A DNA stretch of 63,981 bases, the filler included, from Choristocarpus tenellus KU-1152 (Eukaryota; Protista; Phaeophyceae): assembly GCA_964200185.2 (NCBI GenBank). It is 10 parts of 10 records of this genome, joined end to end, with 100 filler letters (N's around TTAATTAATTAA, not from the genome) between each part and the next. Parts side by side here need not be neighbours in the genome. Positions count along the whole stretch, not along the records: positions 54,567 to 61,148 come from CAXNAD020007817.1; positions 61,249 to 63,981 come from CAXNAD020025220.1; 8 more parts are not named here. The stretch is one strand, 5' to 3'. How positions within the stretch are numbered: position 1 is the first letter of the stretch; every line of letters begins with the position of its first letter. A program made the translations under genes and the position numbers. Below the pieces are notes generated by a model. It was not told the origin of the DNA. It searched no databases and saw only the letters and a list, made by a program, of their open reading frames with translations. Positions 60,123 through 63,981 of this stretch are shown piece after piece.

Positions 60123-61670
60123 AGCCCTAACTAAGTGCAGCCAGCAGAATTCCAGCAATCTATAGTGGTTCTGGAGAATATCGGTGCTCACATTTCAGCA
60201 TGGATAGGTATTTGAGCTAAAGTGCGAAGAAAAGGAATATATTCAAAACATTCACCTCTTGGTGACATATGTTAAATCCGTGCTGAAATCGGATTCCAAT
60301 TACGAATCATTAGTTGCGAGCAATAGGGTTCTACTTTCTTCTGCTGAATTTAGTTCAACTATCTATAGGGAGTGGAGATCCCAGTGTCAAACCTCTCCTA
60401 CAATTGTAAAGATGACAGAAGATTGTACAAAGACCCTTTGCTATACCTCATGCATTCCTTCTCTTGAGAATAGGCTCAAATTCTTGTTCATCTATCTTAA
60501 AATGTGGATACCAATCATCACTGGCGTAGCCTTCTCACTTCTTGGTCGTTCGCTTAGGTGAGTGACAATTAGATTTTTGGGCTACCATTTCTAATTGGCT
60601 CGATATCCACTAATTCTGACTCCTTCGCAATAATCACTACTCTGCCGTTGTGCTTCTGGTTCTTAGTTTTCCTCTAGGGTCAATTTCTTCAGCAATTTAG
60701 ATAGATAAATTCATACATATAAAACTGTTACATCTTTAGCACTTGAAGTCCTGCTACAGGTAGTGTACACTATGGTCCATGAGAAAAGGTGACAGAACAA
60801 AACCATTACCAGCCTTGTAGCTGAAATATGTTCTTGTCGATCATTCTTCAAGTGACAGGGAGGCCAAACCTGGATCCCTTCCTGGTGCTCATTGAAGATC
60901 TTTGGTATACTATATTTGCTTTATAATGTCCCTAGTGACTTGAAATAACCATTGCTGGCCTTCCCACTACAACCTTCAATTGTTTTCGGTTCCTTTTGAG
61001 TTGCAACCAAATCGACTTTGTAATGCTTTCAGATATTTCACCTATGTTTTTTGTGGGCTGTAGTTGTTTGTGGCTCAGTGGGTCAAAGCATCTGGGGGGG
61101 GGGGGGGTCGGCGTCCGTTTTTCACCCTTTTTTCGACTTTCCCTTTTTNNNNNNNNNNNNNNNNNNNNNNNNNNNNNNNNNNNNNNNNNNNNTTAATTAA
61201 TTAANNNNNNNNNNNNNNNNNNNNNNNNNNNNNNNNNNNNNNNNNNNNGGGGGGGGGGCAAAGGGCTGCTGCATCGAGCCGACCGATGCTGCGCAGAATG
61301 AGTATCGTTTTTTTTATTTCTAAATTGATGGAATTTTTTTTTTTTAACGACACAGTAACCAACAAGCCAGCGAACGAACAGGAACATCTCGACCAATGGA
61401 ACAAGCCCCCGTTCTTAGACCAAACAAAAGTCGATACCATCCATCAGTCCCTTTTCTTGTTTGTTTTTTTTACCTACCTGCCCATATCTACCTTCCGCTA
61501 CTCCTTGTCAATCTTCCCGTGGCCATAACCCTAGGATATATATATATATATATATATATATTAGCAACCCTCCACAATCATAACCAACCAACCAACCAAC
61601 CAACCAACCCCCCACCCCTCCCCTACATTACCCCCACATTACCCTGACCTGATTCATTGCCACAATGCAG

Positions 61671-62496
61671 GACTGTAATTACCCCCCGGACAGAGGTTTA
61701 ATGTCAGAGGTTGGGCGTGGATTGGGAGAGCACTTGACCGTCAATGTTCCCCTTCCGCCTGGTTGTGGGGGGGGGGCTTATTCAGCGGCTATGAAGAGGG
61801 TGGTGTGTCCGGCAGTTGATGCATTCCGTCCTGACCTGGTGAGGATTTTCTTTCTCTTTTCTCTTTTCTCTTTATTTATTTTTTTTAGGTAAGTTCAACT
61901 TTTTTTCTTTTTTGTTGCTTTTTGTTGTTCCTTTCTGACCCGTCTTGTTTGATTTCTCAAAAAAAAAAATGATATTGGGTGAAGGAACACTGGACCGTGG
62001 AAGATTTTTTTTTTTGTGAGGTTTGTTGAACCATCCCTCTGTGTTGAATTGAATCCCCTGCCTTCCACTCATCCCCCCTCCCCAACCTGTTTGCTCACCC
62101 AACCTCGTGAAAATATACGTTGTTCAACCCTAACCCTAACCCTAACCCTAACCCTAAATACATTTTACTACATACGTAGCAGCTTTTTTTTCCAGGACAC
62201 ACCAGAAGCAGTATCCCCACTCCCTAACCCTAGACCTATGTATGTTTATCTAACACTGCTGTAATTAACAATATATATATATATAATTAGGTAAAGCAAA
62301 AAAAAAAAATGCTTTTTTTTCATGTACTGAGATACGCAAACAAACACCCACCTCAGCTCTGAAGTGCCTTCCCCCCCATGTCGTAACCCTCCGTCTCCCA
62401 CTGATGAGGAGATTGTCTCATAGAGCATCACATGGACCAATGTATTGGTATTGGTTGTTGCCAACCCCAAGCATAAAACCCTACAAGTCCTATTTT

Positions 62497-62531
<35 letters not shown>

Positions 62532-63535
62532 CACGCACACACACTTTTATAATTTTTGAAATCCCTGATCATTTCTGAACAAATTGTCAGAGAGAGGTAC
62601 AAACAATTCTATTTCTCACTCTTAAAGTAAAAGAAAAAAAAAATGACTCCTACTTTTCTTTTCTTTTTTGTACTCCGCTCCCCTCAGACCGGAACAGGTG
62701 CGTGCTCACATCGTGACATGATGTCATGGATCCCACTGGTGTTGATGATGTTGATGACATTGTTGTTGGATAAGGTTACCTGAGGGTTGTTCCTAGCAGA
62801 CTAAAAAACGCCTCTTGGTGTTGACCGCACCTTGCAAGCAGACGACCTCAGATACAAGTACATGTCCATTTTTCAAGCTCTAGACACGATATTAAAATCA
62901 CGGCATGGACAGGGGTCTCCGTACCCCATCCCTCCCTCCCCCCCCCCAACACACACACACCTCCCACTTTAAAATGCTTGTTTCCAAGGTCAACTGGGGA
63001 GTGCATAACCCGCCCACTCATGTTTTTTTCGTTCTCTCGTGCAATCAAATCACATCCCCCTCACATCATCGCGCTCGAATATTTTGTACGCGTTGAAATC
63101 TCTTTCAGAATCGAATACGTCCTGATCGCAAAGATGACACCATTACCCTACCTGCCCCAGCAGCACAATGATTTTGAGTCGGTTCGTTGACCGAGTCTCT
63201 TTTCTTTTCTTTTCTTTTTTTAGCAACAGTAGTTCCACCAATTTTTTTTTTTTTTTTTTAACATTGATTCAAATTTTTTGCTGTATCTTTCGCCAACCGC
63301 AGTAGCGAGCACTAACTAACTCCCAAACCCTTACCATACCAATGCATCGTTGCCCCCCACCCCCAACGATTGCGAAAAATAAGATCGTGGCAAGCTGTGG
63401 GTTTGACGCGTCCTATGTAGATCCCCTCGGCCGTATGATGCTGGGGAGCGATGGCTTCCGAGCCATCGCATCGGAGCTAGTGTCCTCTGCTGATCGTAAC
63501 TGCAAAGGTCGTCTGGTGCTTGTCCATGAGGGAGG
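61671..63535 (+). CDS. Histone deacetylase family protein (HDAH / plant HDA8-like), 2 internal exons
   Basis: 61671-61838: DCNYPPDRG...EVGRGLGEHLTVNVPLPPGCGGGAY...PAVDAFRPDL. 63384-63535: IVASCGFDASYVDPLGRM...CKGRLVLVHEGG. These are conserved Zn-dependent HDAC motifs. Confidence 0.92.
62128..62157. repeat. Interstitial (CCCTAA)5 telomere-like repeat in HDAC intron
   Basis: Direct reading. Confidence 0.85.
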
Positions 63536-63981
63536 GTACGTATATGTCTTGTATTCGTTTTTTTCAAGTAGTCAAACCTTAACCTTAACATTATTTCCAA
63601 TATGCATATATATATATATATATATATATATGCAAAGGTCCCCTGGGTTGTTCTATGGGCGCCCCCTGACCGTCTGATATACACACACACATTGTGTGTG
63701 TGCGTGTGTGTGCCTGTGTGCTGCAGTAGTTGGATTATTGTGAGGCTCATTTTCCTCTCCATAACAACATACACATCATGTCAATGGGCAAGAATATTTG
63801 ACACCCTTGTAGAGCCAGAGATTGCCTGTTTCCACCTCTCCATCCTCATCACGCAGTATCATTGCAGTATTCTGTACTCTGGAGTAGAACAGTAGTAGTA
63901 GATCCCACTCACCCCCCCGCCCCCCCCCCACCCCCCCCCCCCCCCCCCCCCCCCCTCCCCCCCCCCCCCCGCTCTCTTCCC

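Overview
This is a eukaryotic draft-genome window, not a prokaryotic one. It consists of ten contigs joined by nine artificial 100-bp linkers (N44-TTAATTAATTAA-N44), so adjacency across a linker is not evidence of linkage. Genes are GT-AG spliced with introns of about 0.2-1.5 kb, which is why the ORF track mostly misses them. I reconstructed these by hand: the 3' part of a phospholipid scramblase, part of a P4-ATPase flippase, a protein with 'CTFxP...ERLY' repeats, a complete Tctex1-type dynein light chain head-to-head with a complete 78-aa Dpy-30/RIIa-like docking-domain gene, part of an HDAH/HDA8-like deacetylase, and the 3' end of an unknown gene. The host is probably a protist, possibly a stramenopile (inference only). 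Intergenic and intronic DNA holds many small DNA transposons: at least three related MITE families with GA(G/C)nnAAAGTA termini and mixed 3- and 4-bp target-site duplications (TSDs), plus a Stowaway-like MITE. There is also a 78-bp hairpin-containing minisatellite, a local duplication-inversion, a truncated transposase-like ORF, and three contigs (37.7-42.1, 46.2-49.5, 49.6-53 kb) of decayed orphan coding sequence with shared or duplicated motifs. The best candidates for something undescribed are the MITE group and the orphan Cys-rich gene set.
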